Translations under genes and position numbers: made by a program | Notes under the pieces: generated by a model | Told to the model about the DNA's origin: nothing | The model's input: the letters and a program-made list of their open reading frames with translations, nothing else | Databases searched by the model: none | Origin: a virus | Lineage: Duplodnaviria > Caudoviricetes | IMG/VR virus record: IMGVR_UViG_2522572155_000001 | Span: 32,001-96,000 of that record | Strand: one strand, 5' to 3' | DNA length: 64,000 bases | Shown here: positions 51,722 to 61,658 of the stretch, piece after piece | How positions within the stretch are numbered: the first letter of the stretch is position 1 | Layout: the number at the start of each line of letters is the position of its first letter

Positions 51722-51752
51722 CCTGTACGCGCGATGTGCGGGTAGCAGGAGG

Positions 51753-51812
51753 CTACGACAGGGTCTGACCCTTCGGATCGCGACGCGAGTTATGTCTAAT
51801 GAAGTAGGCCAT
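51753..51812 (-). CDS. putative leader peptide MAYFIRHNSRRDPKGQTLS
   Basis: ATG after purine-rich AAGGGGTACAGAGAAG; stop codon overlaps the antiterminator arm. Confidence 0.7.
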   Translation of the reverse strand: MAYFIRHNSRRDPKGQTLS

Positions 51813-51914
51813 TGCTTCTCTGTACCCCTTACCCCAGGCGTGTGGGGCGGTTTCCAGTGCCGCCAGCCTAAAGATTGTCTAAAGGCTGGCGGCGTGGAAG
51901 GGCGACGACGGAGA

Positions 51915-51943
51915 ACTATAGCCCGGGGCCTACCGTTCGTCAA
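51915..51943 (-). promoter_or_regulatory. sigma-A-type promoter of the tRNA array
   Basis: TTGACG-N17-TATAGT. Confidence 0.85.
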
Positions 51944-51970
51944 GGAGAAACTATAAGGCGGGTTCGAATC

Positions 51971-53926
51971 CTAGGCGATCTCGCATGCCCCTGCTACGCA
52001 GGCAAGCTCCTTCATTCCCTCCGTGGCGTCCTCCGTCTCGAACGATGTGAGGGCGTCCCAATACAGGCTGTCGGGCATGGCCTCGGCCAGGCGCACGTAC
52101 ATCTCCTGGTCGATGTCCTGGTAGGGCGCCTGCTGGTATGTATGGTCGGAGTGGGGGAGGAACGAGACGCCGGACATGCGGTCGAAGTGCTTGAAGACGA
52201 AGGCGCCGACCTCCATCCACTCGTCGTCGCGTACGTAGACCGTGATCGAGGGCTTGTGCTCGCACCAGTGCTCGGCGTACGTCAGCCATAGCTCTAGCTG
52301 CTCGATGGCGCTCATGTCGTGCCGCGTGATCGCGCCCTCGGGGGCCTGCATGGGGTAGCTGAAGACCAACGTGCTGTCTGGGTGCAGAAGCTCGTCTTCG
52401 ACCGGCACGCCGCTAGCGGCGAGGAACTGGGCCACGGGGTCGTTCTTGCTCGCGCGGTTTGTCCGCACGTAGTACGGCGCGTAGCGCGGATGGATACCCG
52501 AGGACGCGTCTACAAGCTGCGAGACGGTCCCGGAGGGCTTCACACACGTGATCGCCGTGGGGACGTTGATCCCGAGCTTGGATGCCCAGTTGGTGGCCGT
52601 GTCGATGGCCACCTGCTTCAGGCCGTCGAGGATGTCCCGGAGTAGTGCCTTGCCCTTGCGCCCGGCCATGACCAGGTTGTCCATGATGCCGGTGATCGAG
52701 ACGCCCAGGAGACGCTCTTCCTCGCAGTTCTTCTTCCACGTGGGGGAGAGGAAGCGGAAGTCGGTGAAGGTGCTCTGGATGCAGCCCAAGATGGTCGCGA
52801 GGCGTACCTTCTCTGCCAGGGTCTCGAAGGTATCGTCGGCCCGGCACACGACCTCGGACAGATTGCAGAACTGCCGGTCCCTGAGGATGATCTCCGAGCA
52901 CGGGTTGGTGCCGAAGTCGAAGGAGGCGTCACGACGCCCGGACCGAGCAGCGATCTTCTGCATCCCGGCGCGGTTGACGATCCCGCGTTCCCCTGACTTG
53001 GACTTGATGAGGCTGGTCCACTCCTCCATGAAGAGTTCAGCCGTGGGGCGCTCGTCGTAGACGGCCGAGTTGTTGGCGAGCGCGTACTCGGGGTGGCTAT
53101 CCCACCACTGCCCGGCCTTCGCGTTGCGCATGCGGTCGTCGGAGAGGTTCGAGAGGGAGATCAGGGCCGAGCGACGGACACCGCCCACCACCACGATGTC
53201 TCCCACCTTGCACATGACGCCGTGGCACTCGATAGAGGTGAGCTTGCGGCCCTGCGCTGCCCTGAACGTCTCGATGATGTACCGGAACAGATCCTCCAGC
53301 GGAGCCGGACCAGACGCACGGCCGCCGAAGGTCTTCAGCCGAGCACCGGCAGGGCGTACCTTCGAGGTATCGACGTTCGGGATGTTGCCCGCGTAGAGAG
53401 CCGCCAGCAGACGATTCAGGGCGGACGCCCAGCCCTGCTTCGAGTCCGCGACCACGATCACGTCATCACAAGGGAAGAGGTTCGGCACCTCAGGGAGCTT
53501 GCTGACGTACTGACGCTCCACCGAGAACCCGACGCCGGTACCGCACATCAGGATGTACATGGCCTCAGCGAACGCCTGAACGCGCGAGACGGTGAGGTAG
53601 GCGCAGTTGTAACCCGCAACGTTATCCCGCTCCAGAGCAGGACCGGCGGTCATGAGTGCCCTCATGGAACCAAGGGAGCGGAGGTCGAGCATTCCATCCG
53701 CGAGCGCGGAGCGCTCATCAGGGGTTAGAGCGTACCCCATCTTCAGCGCCTGCTTCTCCATCGCGGAGATGTAGCGCTCGATGCTCTCGTGCCAGAACTC
53801 CCGGCGACCCTCGCGTTCGACCCACCGCGAGTACTTCGTCATGTGGATCTGCTGCTGGTACAGGGTTGGGAGGGTAACGATGTCGTTCTCTTCAGTCATA
53901 AGCGTGCTCGTTACATAGTCGGCCAC
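51971..53926 (-). CDS. nrdJ: class II (B12-dependent) ribonucleotide reductase
   Basis: YNCA, GTGVGFSV, GGVRRSA, TNPCSEI, TCVKPSGT, C-terminal CVAGAC. Confidence 0.92.
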   Translation of the reverse strand: MADYVTSTLMTEENDIVTLPTLYQQQIHMTKYSRWVEREGRREFWHESIERYISAMEKQALKMGYALTPDERSALADGMLDLRSLGSMRALMTAGPALERDNVAGYNCAYLTVSRVQAFAEAMYILMCGTGVGFSVERQYVSKLPEVPNLFPCDDVIVVADSKQGWASALNRLLAALYAGNIPNVDTSKVRPAGARLKTFGGRASGPAPLEDLFRYIIETFRAAQGRKLTSIECHGVMCKVGDIVVVGGVRRSALISLSNLSDDRMRNAKAGQWWDSHPEYALANNSAVYDERPTAELFMEEWTSLIKSKSGERGIVNRAGMQKIAARSGRRDASFDFGTNPCSEIILRDRQFCNLSEVVCRADDTFETLAEKVRLATILGCIQSTFTDFRFLSPTWKKNCEEERLLGVSITGIMDNLVMAGRKGKALLRDILDGLKQVAIDTATNWASKLGINVPTAITCVKPSGTVSQLVDASSGIHPRYAPYYVRTNRASKNDPVAQFLAASGVPVEDELLHPDSTLVFSYPMQAPEGAITRHDMSAIEQLELWLTYAEHWCEHKPSITVYVRDDEWMEVGAFVFKHFDRMSGVSFLPHSDHTYQQAPYQDIDQEMYVRLAEAMPDSLYWDALTSFETEDATEGMKELACVAGACEIA

Positions 53927-54124
53927 TCGCGACCTGAAGTAGAAGCTCAGGTTGATGACTGAAGGGCCGATAACACGCGCGCACTCGGTCAGATATTTAT
54001 CTGCGCGTAGCGCCTCTCTCTGAGGATTAGGAGGTACTAGAAGACTGTGCGCGTGCGCGCATCAGTGCCTGGGCGGGGTGCCGACTAGGTACCGACACAT
54101 ACCTTATGTTCTTGAAGGAGGCTC

Positions 54125-54862
54125 ATGACGACCCTAGAGGCAGTACCTAGCTCCGCTGTCATCGGATCATGGAGCGATCGGAAGCTCGACAACTCGATTC
54201 GTAAGGGCCACGCTGCGGCGGGTTCCCACAAGGCGGCCTACGAGCAGCACGCGACTGTTACCGGCATCCTGCTGATCGAGCGCAAGCGGCGGTTGAAGCA
54301 CGGCGCATGGCTGCCGTGGCTCGCGGAGAACTTCGAGGGCTCGACGGTCGTCGCGCAGAGATACATGCGACAGGCCGACGAGTGGCTAGCAAATACGTCG
54401 TCAGCGACGCGTTTCGACCCGCCAGCCGAGCACCCGACGCCGCCTGTGGAGGACACTACGGAGACGTGCCTTCGACCGCGTGAGGAGACGGGAGTTCCCG
54501 TTGCCACACCTGGCGCACCTGAGCACGAGCCTGTGATCGCGACGCATCGCCCCGGCCCTGAGGAGAGCAAGCGCACGCGTCGCCCTCTGACGGAGGAGGA
54601 GATTGACGAGATCGTCCAGGCGGAAGAGGAGAAGATCGCGCAGATGCGGCGCGGCGCCGCCTTCGAAGCGCATCGCACGCGAGCGCTTGCCTCCCTAGCC
54701 TCGGGTGACGACGCCTATACCGCCGTCGTCGCGGCGATCGACGCCATCGCTCGTGCACGTGGCAAGGTGGATGCGAGGCTGGCGGGCGAGCTAGGAGAAG
54801 CGCACAAGATCGTCAGGCGGGTGCTCATGTCTCTCCACGAGGCAGGGGAGAGTCATGTCTAG
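54125..54862 (+). CDS. DUF3102-domain protein
   Basis: GILLIERKRRLKHGAWLPWL...AQRYM; RBS AAGGAGG. Confidence 0.75.
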   Translation: MTTLEAVPSSAVIGSWSDRKLDNSIRKGHAAAGSHKAAYEQHATVTGILLIERKRRLKHGAWLPWLAENFEGSTVVAQRYMRQADEWLANTSSATRFDPPAEHPTPPVEDTTETCLRPREETGVPVATPGAPEHEPVIATHRPGPEESKRTRRPLTEEEIDEIVQAEEEKIAQMRRGAAFEAHRTRALASLASGDDAYTAVVAAIDAIARARGKVDARLAGELGEAHKIVRRVLMSLHEAGESHV

Positions 54863-55445
54863 AGGTCCGCGCCTCGATTTGCGCAAGGAGGGCAGTATCG
54901 CCGCGATGGTCGTGGACAATCTGAACCACGCGAATCGTCCGTGCACCAAACGTGAGCTTGCCGAGGAGATGGCCATGTTCCTCGACTACCCTAGGTACCC
55001 GGAAACGCGGGTGGCCACGATTCTCCGGCGGACCAGAGAGCCGGGGTACGAAGGGCGGCCGATCGCGTGGGTGCAGGCGAAGGGAAGATACGAGACAATC
55101 AGCACCAACTCTAATCTCCTAGCTGACCACCAGCGAGGCACCATGAATCCGGTACGCAGGGGGCTCGAAGGGGCTACGAGCGGAATTCTGCTCGTCGCGT
55201 CGGAGAAGTGTCCCGAACTCGTGCCCGAGTTGACCCGCATAGAGGACGCCTACAGGCGCGAGATACGGGAGCTAAGGGCAGACAACGACGCTCTGCTGCT
55301 CACACTTCGCGTGGTGCATCGTGATCCTCAAGGACAGAAGGTGCTCAGTGCTGCGCTTGATAGAGCATGTGAGGAGTTCTCCGATGAGCTTCCGGCGCTG
55401 CCACCGGGTCCCAGCGCTCCATATGGTGACGGTGCCGTTGGGTAA
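54855..55445 (+). CDS. hypothetical protein
   Basis: ORF track; coupled to upstream gene. Confidence 0.65.
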   Translation: MSRGPRLDLRKEGSIAAMVVDNLNHANRPCTKRELAEEMAMFLDYPRYPETRVATILRRTREPGYEGRPIAWVQAKGRYETISTNSNLLADHQRGTMNPVRRGLEGATSGILLVASEKCPELVPELTRIEDAYRREIRELRADNDALLLTLRVVHRDPQGQKVLSAALDRACEEFSDELPALPPGPSAPYGDGAVG

Positions 55446-55481
55446 CGGGTGACAAGCCCCAACCCCAAAAGGAACGACTCG

Positions 55482-55658
55482 ATGAAGAAGACCGAGGCAG
55501 TCAAGGGCGTAATCGCAGCCGGACTAGCGCTTGCCGTTGCGAAGGGACTCCTGGTCCCGGGCGACAGCGACTCCATCAAGGCGATCGTGGACGCCGTACT
55601 CGTGGCCGTGGGTGTCTTCGGCATCCACCCCTTCGGCACGTCCGACGAAGCCGAGTAA
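55482..55658 (+). CDS. small two-TM membrane protein (holin-like)
   Basis: two hydrophobic segments. Confidence 0.55.
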   Translation: MKKTEAVKGVIAAGLALAVAKGLLVPGDSDSIKAIVDAVLVAVGVFGIHPFGTSDEAE

Positions 55659-55682
55659 GGCTCGGCCACTCCAGGATGTATC

Positions 55683-55708
55683 AGAAGACCCGCCTTGGCG
55701 GGTCTTCT
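55683..55708 (+). terminator. intrinsic terminator
   Basis: AGAAGACCCGCC-TT-GGCGGGTCTTCT. Confidence 0.7.
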
Positions 55709-55755
55709 GCGTTCTGTAGGAGTTCGCTCGCGCAGCGGCCGATTAGGGATCCACG

Positions 55756-56091
55756 ATGGACCTAGCTGCCTATCAACGCTGCCGTTCGCGTGCTCCGTGG
55801 GTTCCCGTGCACGTCCCGTCGCAGACTGACCCTGACATTCGGTACACGGTCTTGGTCTGCCCATTCGGGACCACTGACGAGAACATCTGCGAGTGCACCG
55901 GTTACGAGTATCGCGGCGCGTGCAACCACCAGGTCATCGCCATGCAGTTGTGGTGCGGGTGGACCGAGATGGGGATTCAGGCGCATCAGCAGACGAGGGC
56001 ACAGCGGGCCACGATGGTCTGCCCCTCCTGCGGTGAAGACACGGAATGGGCCTTACGGCCCCTGAGGGAGGATGACCAGCTTGACGCTTGA
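55756..56091 (+). CDS. SWIM zinc-finger protein
   Basis: CECTG...CNH; CPSC. Confidence 0.7.
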   Translation: MDLAAYQRCRSRAPWVPVHVPSQTDPDIRYTVLVCPFGTTDENICECTGYEYRGACNHQVIAMQLWCGWTEMGIQAHQQTRAQRATMVCPSCGEDTEWALRPLREDDQLDA

Positions 56092-56662
56092 CGAATCGAC
56101 CGCTGCCCTGGGCAGGGCCTATGAGGGATGGAAGCTCCACGAGAAGGCCAAGAACACCCGGAGGGACGAGTTCTTCGAGCGCATGACCGACCTCGCGGCC
56201 GAGAGCGGCCTGGCCGAGGTACTGGTCGAAACGGTGGCAGCCAACGGCGTCGAGGCGACGGACCGCCTGGAGAAGTACCACCCTCGTCACAAGGTGGACG
56301 CCATCCGCGTGGGGCTCCCGGCAGGAAGGGACGGCTACGAGTACGAGGCGATCCTGATTGAGCGCCCCGAGTTCAAGCCCATGAGCTACGTGAACGCGGA
56401 GGACGGCACGGTCTACACCAAGCAGGTGCAGGACGGGCCATTTCTCGTGGATGATGAGCGCCTGGCCAAGGAGAACGTGCTCCTGTACGAGCAGTTGGTC
56501 TTCGAGTTCCCCTGGGGCGGCACCACGCTGCGCCCGCTCGACTCGCTGCACGCGGACAACCTCGCGGCCCTCCAGCCCTACATCTACCGAGGCAAGCCCG
56601 TCGTGAAGCTCGCGGCCCCGCGCGAGGCCACGGAGGAAGAGCTTGCCGCCCTCGCTGACTGA
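56072..56662 (+). CDS. hypothetical protein
   Basis: ORF track; RBS GAGGGAGG. Confidence 0.7.
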   Translation: MTSLTLDESTAALGRAYEGWKLHEKAKNTRRDEFFERMTDLAAESGLAEVLVETVAANGVEATDRLEKYHPRHKVDAIRVGLPAGRDGYEYEAILIERPEFKPMSYVNAEDGTVYTKQVQDGPFLVDDERLAKENVLLYEQLVFEFPWGGTTLRPLDSLHADNLAALQPYIYRGKPVVKLAAPREATEEELAALAD

Positions 56663-56912
56663 GGGCTTCGTCTTCACCGTCACCGACCTCGGCCTCTTCC
56701 TGGGCAAGAGCGCCGTCACCCTCCGGGGCTGGGACCGACAGGGTCTGGTGACGATCCCGCGTGACCCCTCCGGCGACCGCAAGATGTCGGCGGGGCAGGT
56801 GCGAGAGATCGCGCACGCCGCATATGACCTCGGCCGCATCTCCTGCGACCGGCTGAAGCTCGTCCTGGCGAGCCTCACGCTGCTCGAACTACTAGAGAAG
56901 GATAAGACTTGA
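56643..56912 (+). CDS. MerR-like HTH protein
   Basis: LGKSAVTLRGWDRQG...RDPSGDR. Confidence 0.7.
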   Translation: MPPSLTEGFVFTVTDLGLFLGKSAVTLRGWDRQGLVTIPRDPSGDRKMSAGQVREIAHAAYDLGRISCDRLKLVLASLTLLELLEKDKT

Positions 56913-57475
56913 AGATTGGACTTGTGGGGCCGCCGGGCTCCGGCAAGACACGTCTGGCGCAGGCGCTGGCCAACGCGCTCGATACTGACGACCGGACAGT
57001 GGGCGTCATTGACGAGTACGCAGAGGGGTACTCGACTACCTCTGACTTTGCCATCGGAGAAGATGCCACGTACATCGTCAACCTCGGCATCGCGCTCTCG
57101 CGGTTGCAGTCCGAACGCCGCATGGGAGACGACTTCATCGTCTGCGGGACGATGGCGGACACGGCGACATACATGGCGTGCGAAGCCACGCTGTTCCCTG
57201 ACGAGCCCGGCTGGCAGCGCCGTCACCTGGCTTCGCTCGCACTCGCGGGGTGCATGGTCAACGACCTCGTGACATACGACTTCACGTTCTACCTGCCGCT
57301 GCCGGAGCACACGCAGACGTTCGGGATCGGCTTCGATGAGGAAGTGCGCAGCAATCTTCCCGTCTCGCTGAGGCTCTTCGACATCCCGCACATCACGCTC
57401 GACCGCCCGTCCTTCGAGGAGAACCTTGCTCACGCTCTCAACGTCATCCATGAATCTGCCCCGCCTGCGGAGTGA
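56909..57475 (+). CDS. P-loop kinase/ATPase (NadR/AAA_28-like)
   Basis: GPPGSGKT, DEYA. Confidence 0.75.
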   Translation: MKIGLVGPPGSGKTRLAQALANALDTDDRTVGVIDEYAEGYSTTSDFAIGEDATYIVNLGIALSRLQSERRMGDDFIVCGTMADTATYMACEATLFPDEPGWQRRHLASLALAGCMVNDLVTYDFTFYLPLPEHTQTFGIGFDEEVRSNLPVSLRLFDIPHITLDRPSFEENLAHALNVIHESAPPAE

Positions 57476-58277
57476 CGCCGAGTACGACCGCGCCGTAGAG
57501 CTAGCGCGGATGTCGGGCGTCCCCCTCTCGCGCTGTCCCACGTGCGGGTCGAACCCGGAGAAGGTCCGTGTCGCATACGCAGACGGCACGGCCGAGGCTG
57601 AGGGTCGCGAATACGGGACCTACAAGTACATGGGGGAGGTGTACGAGTGCGACTGCGAGACGCAGATTCAGCTTCGCAAGCACTACCTCCTCGCAGGTAT
57701 CGGGGAGCAGTATATGCGCCTGGACTGGGCCGACTACCGCAACGACGCGGTGAAAAGGGACGTTGAACTCTACCTGGGGAAGTGGGATGCCATTCGCCGG
57801 AATGGGATGGGCATCGAGTTCGGCGGCGAGGCCCTGGGAGTAGGCAAGACATTCGCCGCTACCTACGTCGCGAAGGAACTCATCAAGAAGGGGGTGCAGG
57901 TGCTGTTCGTGCCCTTCCTGGAATTCCTCTCGACCGTTATCCGCGATGACGACGAGTCCAGGGAGCGCATGGAGCGCATGCGTCGCGTGACCGTCCTTGT
58001 GGTGGATGAGCTTCGTCCGCCGCGCACTGAGAGGCAGGCGTGGTTCGGGGACCGCTTCGAAGAGCTTGTGCGGCATAGGACGAACTTCAACCTGCCGATT
58101 ATCACTACTACGAACCTAACCGAGGATGAGCTTCGGACGCACTACCCCCGCGTCTACTCGCTCATGAGTGCGAAGCACATCCGTCTTGACCTGACGGGTC
58201 AAGACGCGCGCATGTCGTGGATCGCGGCTCAGAACCTAGACCTCGTGCTGAACGACGAAGTAAGGCCGATCACTTGA
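57450..58277 (+). CDS. DnaC/IstB-like helicase loader
   Basis: CPTCG..CDC, GVGKT, VVDEL, ITTTNL. Confidence 0.85.
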   Translation: MNLPRLRSDAEYDRAVELARMSGVPLSRCPTCGSNPEKVRVAYADGTAEAEGREYGTYKYMGEVYECDCETQIQLRKHYLLAGIGEQYMRLDWADYRNDAVKRDVELYLGKWDAIRRNGMGIEFGGEALGVGKTFAATYVAKELIKKGVQVLFVPFLEFLSTVIRDDDESRERMERMRRVTVLVVDELRPPRTERQAWFGDRFEELVRHRTNFNLPIITTTNLTEDELRTHYPRVYSLMSAKHIRLDLTGQDARMSWIAAQNLDLVLNDEVRPIT

Positions 58278-59524
58278 CTGAACAGACCATCTACGAGCTA
58301 GACATCGATCTAGACCTCATCAACCACCTCGCCTACCCGGACTCGGTAGGCAAGCTCCAGGCTGAGCAGGTGAAGGCGGCGGTCATCTTCGATCCGCTCG
58401 CGAAGAGGGTCTTCAAGTGGCAGATGCAGCACGTTCGCGATTACGGCGAGGCTGCTACTCCGTCCGTTCTCGAAGACGAGTTCGCGGACATCACGCTGGA
58501 CACGCCGGAGACGCAGATCAACGATCTCATCCTGCGCCTGCGGACTCGCTACCTCCGGTCGGAGGGCAAGAAGGCTATCCGTGAGATTTCCGAGCTTGCG
58601 ATCACCGAGCCTATGGAAGTCGCTCGCGCGATGTCTCAGAAGTCGCGCGAGCTTCTTGACCTCACCGTGCAACGAGGCGAGGTCTACGGCCGCTACGACT
58701 TTCCGCGCGCTCGCCAGGAGTATGACAAGGCAGTCCTGCGTGGCAAGGGGCCGTCCCTGGGCTACGACGAGCTTGACGATCACTTTCACGGCCAGGTAGG
58801 CGTGACATTCCTCATCGCGCCGCCGAAGACTTACAAGTCGTGGGTGACGATCAACACCGTGCTGGCGAACGTAGAGAAGGGCTTCAACCCGTACCTCTAC
58901 TCGCTGGAGCTACCGTCGCTGGAGTCCTACTGGCGTCTCGCGTGCATGGCGGCCGACGTGCCGTACTGGAAGTACCTCAAGCGTAGCCTCATGCCCGATG
59001 AGCTACGGAAGGTAGAGAGCGCCGCCAAGACCCTGGACGAGATGGGCAACTTCCGCATGGACAAGCCCAACCAGGGCTCGCGCTCGGTCGCTCAGCTAGT
59101 AGACAAGGCACTTGATTCCGGCGCTGACTGCATCATCGTAGATCAGCTTCAGTACATCGAGAATCGCAAGGGTAACTCGATCGGGGCACAGAACTCGACG
59201 GCGGACTACTTCGAGGTAGTGAACGACCTCCGGAATTGGTCAGACCTCATCCCGGTCTTCGTGGTCCACCAGTTCAACCGTTCCGTGATGAGCGCGACGG
59301 CGATGCCGGAGATGCAGCAGGCGAAGGGCTCATCTGCGATCGAGGAGGTAGCAACGCTCTCCCTCGGTCTATGGGCAAACAAGGACATGCGGCGCTCGAA
59401 CGTAGTGGAGCTAGGCACGCTCGCGTCGCGCAACTACGGACACGCCTCATGGGAACTCGGCGTCCAGCTTTCACGCGGATGCCGCATTGAGATGAAGGGC
59501 GAGATCGAGGACGTGGACGAGTAA
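58274..59524 (+). CDS. DnaB-like replicative helicase
   Basis: APPKTYKS, SLE, VDQLQ, HQFNR. Confidence 0.85.
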   Translation: MTEQTIYELDIDLDLINHLAYPDSVGKLQAEQVKAAVIFDPLAKRVFKWQMQHVRDYGEAATPSVLEDEFADITLDTPETQINDLILRLRTRYLRSEGKKAIREISELAITEPMEVARAMSQKSRELLDLTVQRGEVYGRYDFPRARQEYDKAVLRGKGPSLGYDELDDHFHGQVGVTFLIAPPKTYKSWVTINTVLANVEKGFNPYLYSLELPSLESYWRLACMAADVPYWKYLKRSLMPDELRKVESAAKTLDEMGNFRMDKPNQGSRSVAQLVDKALDSGADCIIVDQLQYIENRKGNSIGAQNSTADYFEVVNDLRNWSDLIPVFVVHQFNRSVMSATAMPEMQQAKGSSAIEEVATLSLGLWANKDMRRSNVVELGTLASRNYGHASWELGVQLSRGCRIEMKGEIEDVDE

Positions 59525-60405
59525 TGTACCGCGCAGAGGTAATCGCAGATTCGATGTCGCCCGATGGCGTGCGACTAACCACCCTTGAGGTGGAGTACCC
59601 GCACGCCATCCACAAGGACATCATGACGCACCGGATGTTCTCCCGTAGCTTCAAGTCCTTTCGTGCCTTCCCGCCGGAGAAGGTGATCGCGAACATCGAG
59701 GACGATCCGTTTATCCCCGAGACGTTCGATAGCCGCGTGACAGGCATGGGGCAGGGGCAGGCACTGCCTGAAGAGCAGGAACTGCGCGCACGCGAACTGT
59801 GGGAAGAACACATCGACCACACGCTCAACGTCGCGGACCAGATGATCGAGTTGGAGATCGCGAAGGCGCAGGTGAACTTCCTGCTCCAGGATTTGACGTG
59901 GATCACAGGCATCATCACGGCCACCGAATGGGACAACTTCTACGCACTCCGGCGCGCAGAGAACGCACGTCCCGAGGTGCAGAAGATCGCCAACCTGATG
60001 TACGACGCGATGTACCCGGCGGACCCCGATTACCTCGCGCTCGGGGAGCCCCACCTGCCGTACATCCGGCTCGAAGACCGGATGGACGTAGGGGACAACT
60101 TCCAGGTGCTGGCCAAGGTATCAGCCGGGCGGTGCGCTCGCGTTTCGTACCTGAATCACCGTGGCCACCGCGATCTCAACGCCGACGTACACCTCGCCAA
60201 TCAGCTTGAGAGTGACGGGCATATGTCCCCGTTCGAACACGTCGCGACACCGGTTGCGCTGACCGGCCCGAAGTGGATCAAGCACGTCTACCACACCGGA
60301 CAGGTGTTCACCCTTCCGGGGCAGGAGTGGCGGGGCAATTTCTACGGGTGGCTCCAGTACCGAAAGACCATCCGCGACGAGCACAACTACGAGCTAGCGG
60401 CATGA
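59524..60405 (+). CDS. thyX: flavin-dependent thymidylate synthase-like protein
   Basis: THRMFSR..SFRA, CARVSY, HMSPFEH. Confidence 0.85.
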   Translation: MYRAEVIADSMSPDGVRLTTLEVEYPHAIHKDIMTHRMFSRSFKSFRAFPPEKVIANIEDDPFIPETFDSRVTGMGQGQALPEEQELRARELWEEHIDHTLNVADQMIELEIAKAQVNFLLQDLTWITGIITATEWDNFYALRRAENARPEVQKIANLMYDAMYPADPDYLALGEPHLPYIRLEDRMDVGDNFQVLAKVSAGRCARVSYLNHRGHRDLNADVHLANQLESDGHMSPFEHVATPVALTGPKWIKHVYHTGQVFTLPGQEWRGNFYGWLQYRKTIRDEHNYELAA

Positions 60406-60523
60406 CTCGGCTCGAAGCGCTGAAGAACTTGCGGTACCAGATGCAGATGCACCCTGACCCCGTCGTGGTCTGGTGGGGAACGTTCATGGTGGGCAAGCTC
60501 GTAGCGCTCGCGGAGCGCCTGAC

Positions 60524-61630
60524 GTGACGAAGCGCGTTCATCGCTACAAGGACTTCGCGAGCCGGATTGACGTAGAGGAAGTCATCCTCGCGCTTGGGAT
60601 CCTGGAGGAGCGCGAGGAGGGTAGGAATAAGCATGGCGAGCCCGAGTACGTCGGGCAGTGCCCTGACCCATGGAGTCTCCATAGCAACGGGGACACCACG
60701 GGCAAGTTCGCCCTGAACCCTGGGCGCAAGGTCTACAACTGCTGGGTCTGCGGGGGAGGGTCACTGCTCTCACTCACGATGGCCATGCTCGACCTCGACC
60801 CCGACGAAGCGACGGACTGGCTCATCCAGTACGCCGACGAGAACAGAGAAGTGTCCGATGAGCGGTTCCTGGACGAGATCGACAGCCTCCTCGCGCAGTT
60901 GACTCCGAGTAGGAAGCAGGATGAGACCCTTCCCTACTACAACGCCAACATCCTCCGCAAGTGGGAGGACCAGGGGCGTGGCCTGGAGGACTGGAACCTC
61001 GGGGTACTCGACGGGAAGCCGAGGAACATCGCCAGGGACGCGCTGCGGGCCGCGCATGTGTGCTACGCGCCGAGCGCGATCAAGCATCCTCCGCGAGACT
61101 CGAAGACCGGCGTGCCGCTGGACGACCTCTACGAAGGTCCGTGCGTCATCTTCCCGCACTACGTCGGGGAGCGGCTCGTGGGGTGGCAACACCGCTGGCT
61201 GGAGGACGACCGGCCGAAGTGGTGCTCGAAGTACACCAACACGCCGGACTTCCCGAAGCGCACGACCCTCTACAAGCCGCGTGGAGGCCCCTCTGGGCCG
61301 CTCCCCGTGGTCATCGTGGAGTCCGTACCGACCGCCATCTTCCTGGCCGGAATCGGCTGGCCCGCCGTGGCGACTTTCGGGGGCACCGTGACGACGGAGC
61401 AGTTGAAGCTCCTCCGTCGCTACCAGCAGGGCGTGATCCTCGCACCCGACAACGACGGCGCCGGGCTGCGCTCGTGCGTCGCTACGGCGGACTACCTGGA
61501 CGGCTTCATCCCGCTCTCGGTGGTCCTACCCGAATGGGACACCGGGGAGAAGTGGGACCTCCTGGACCGCTTCAACGAGAACGGTGAGGACATCGACTCC
61601 CTGCTGCGCGCAGCGGAACGAATTTCCTAG
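60524..61630 (+). CDS. DNA primase
   Basis: CPDPWSLH..CWVC zinc finger, KYTN, VES, PDNDGAG (TOPRIM). Confidence 0.9.
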   Translation: MTKRVHRYKDFASRIDVEEVILALGILEEREEGRNKHGEPEYVGQCPDPWSLHSNGDTTGKFALNPGRKVYNCWVCGGGSLLSLTMAMLDLDPDEATDWLIQYADENREVSDERFLDEIDSLLAQLTPSRKQDETLPYYNANILRKWEDQGRGLEDWNLGVLDGKPRNIARDALRAAHVCYAPSAIKHPPRDSKTGVPLDDLYEGPCVIFPHYVGERLVGWQHRWLEDDRPKWCSKYTNTPDFPKRTTLYKPRGGPSGPLPVVIVESVPTAIFLAGIGWPAVATFGGTVTTEQLKLLRRYQQGVILAPDNDGAGLRSCVATADYLDGFIPLSVVLPEWDTGEKWDLLDRFNENGEDIDSLLRAAERIS

Positions 61631-61658
61631 TTCTTCCGCACACGTAACTGGAAGACAG

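Noticed and set aside
51956-51974. GGGTTCGAATCC T-loop-like motif at the end of nrdJ
   Set aside because: No acceptor, D or anticodon arms around it
39899-53926. Inteins or introns in terminase or RNR
   Set aside because: Both have ordinary lengths and continuous motifs, with no intein splice signatures
53930-54120. Replication origin in the divergent intergenic region
   Set aside because: No iterons or clear AT-rich unwinding element visible; position alone is insufficient
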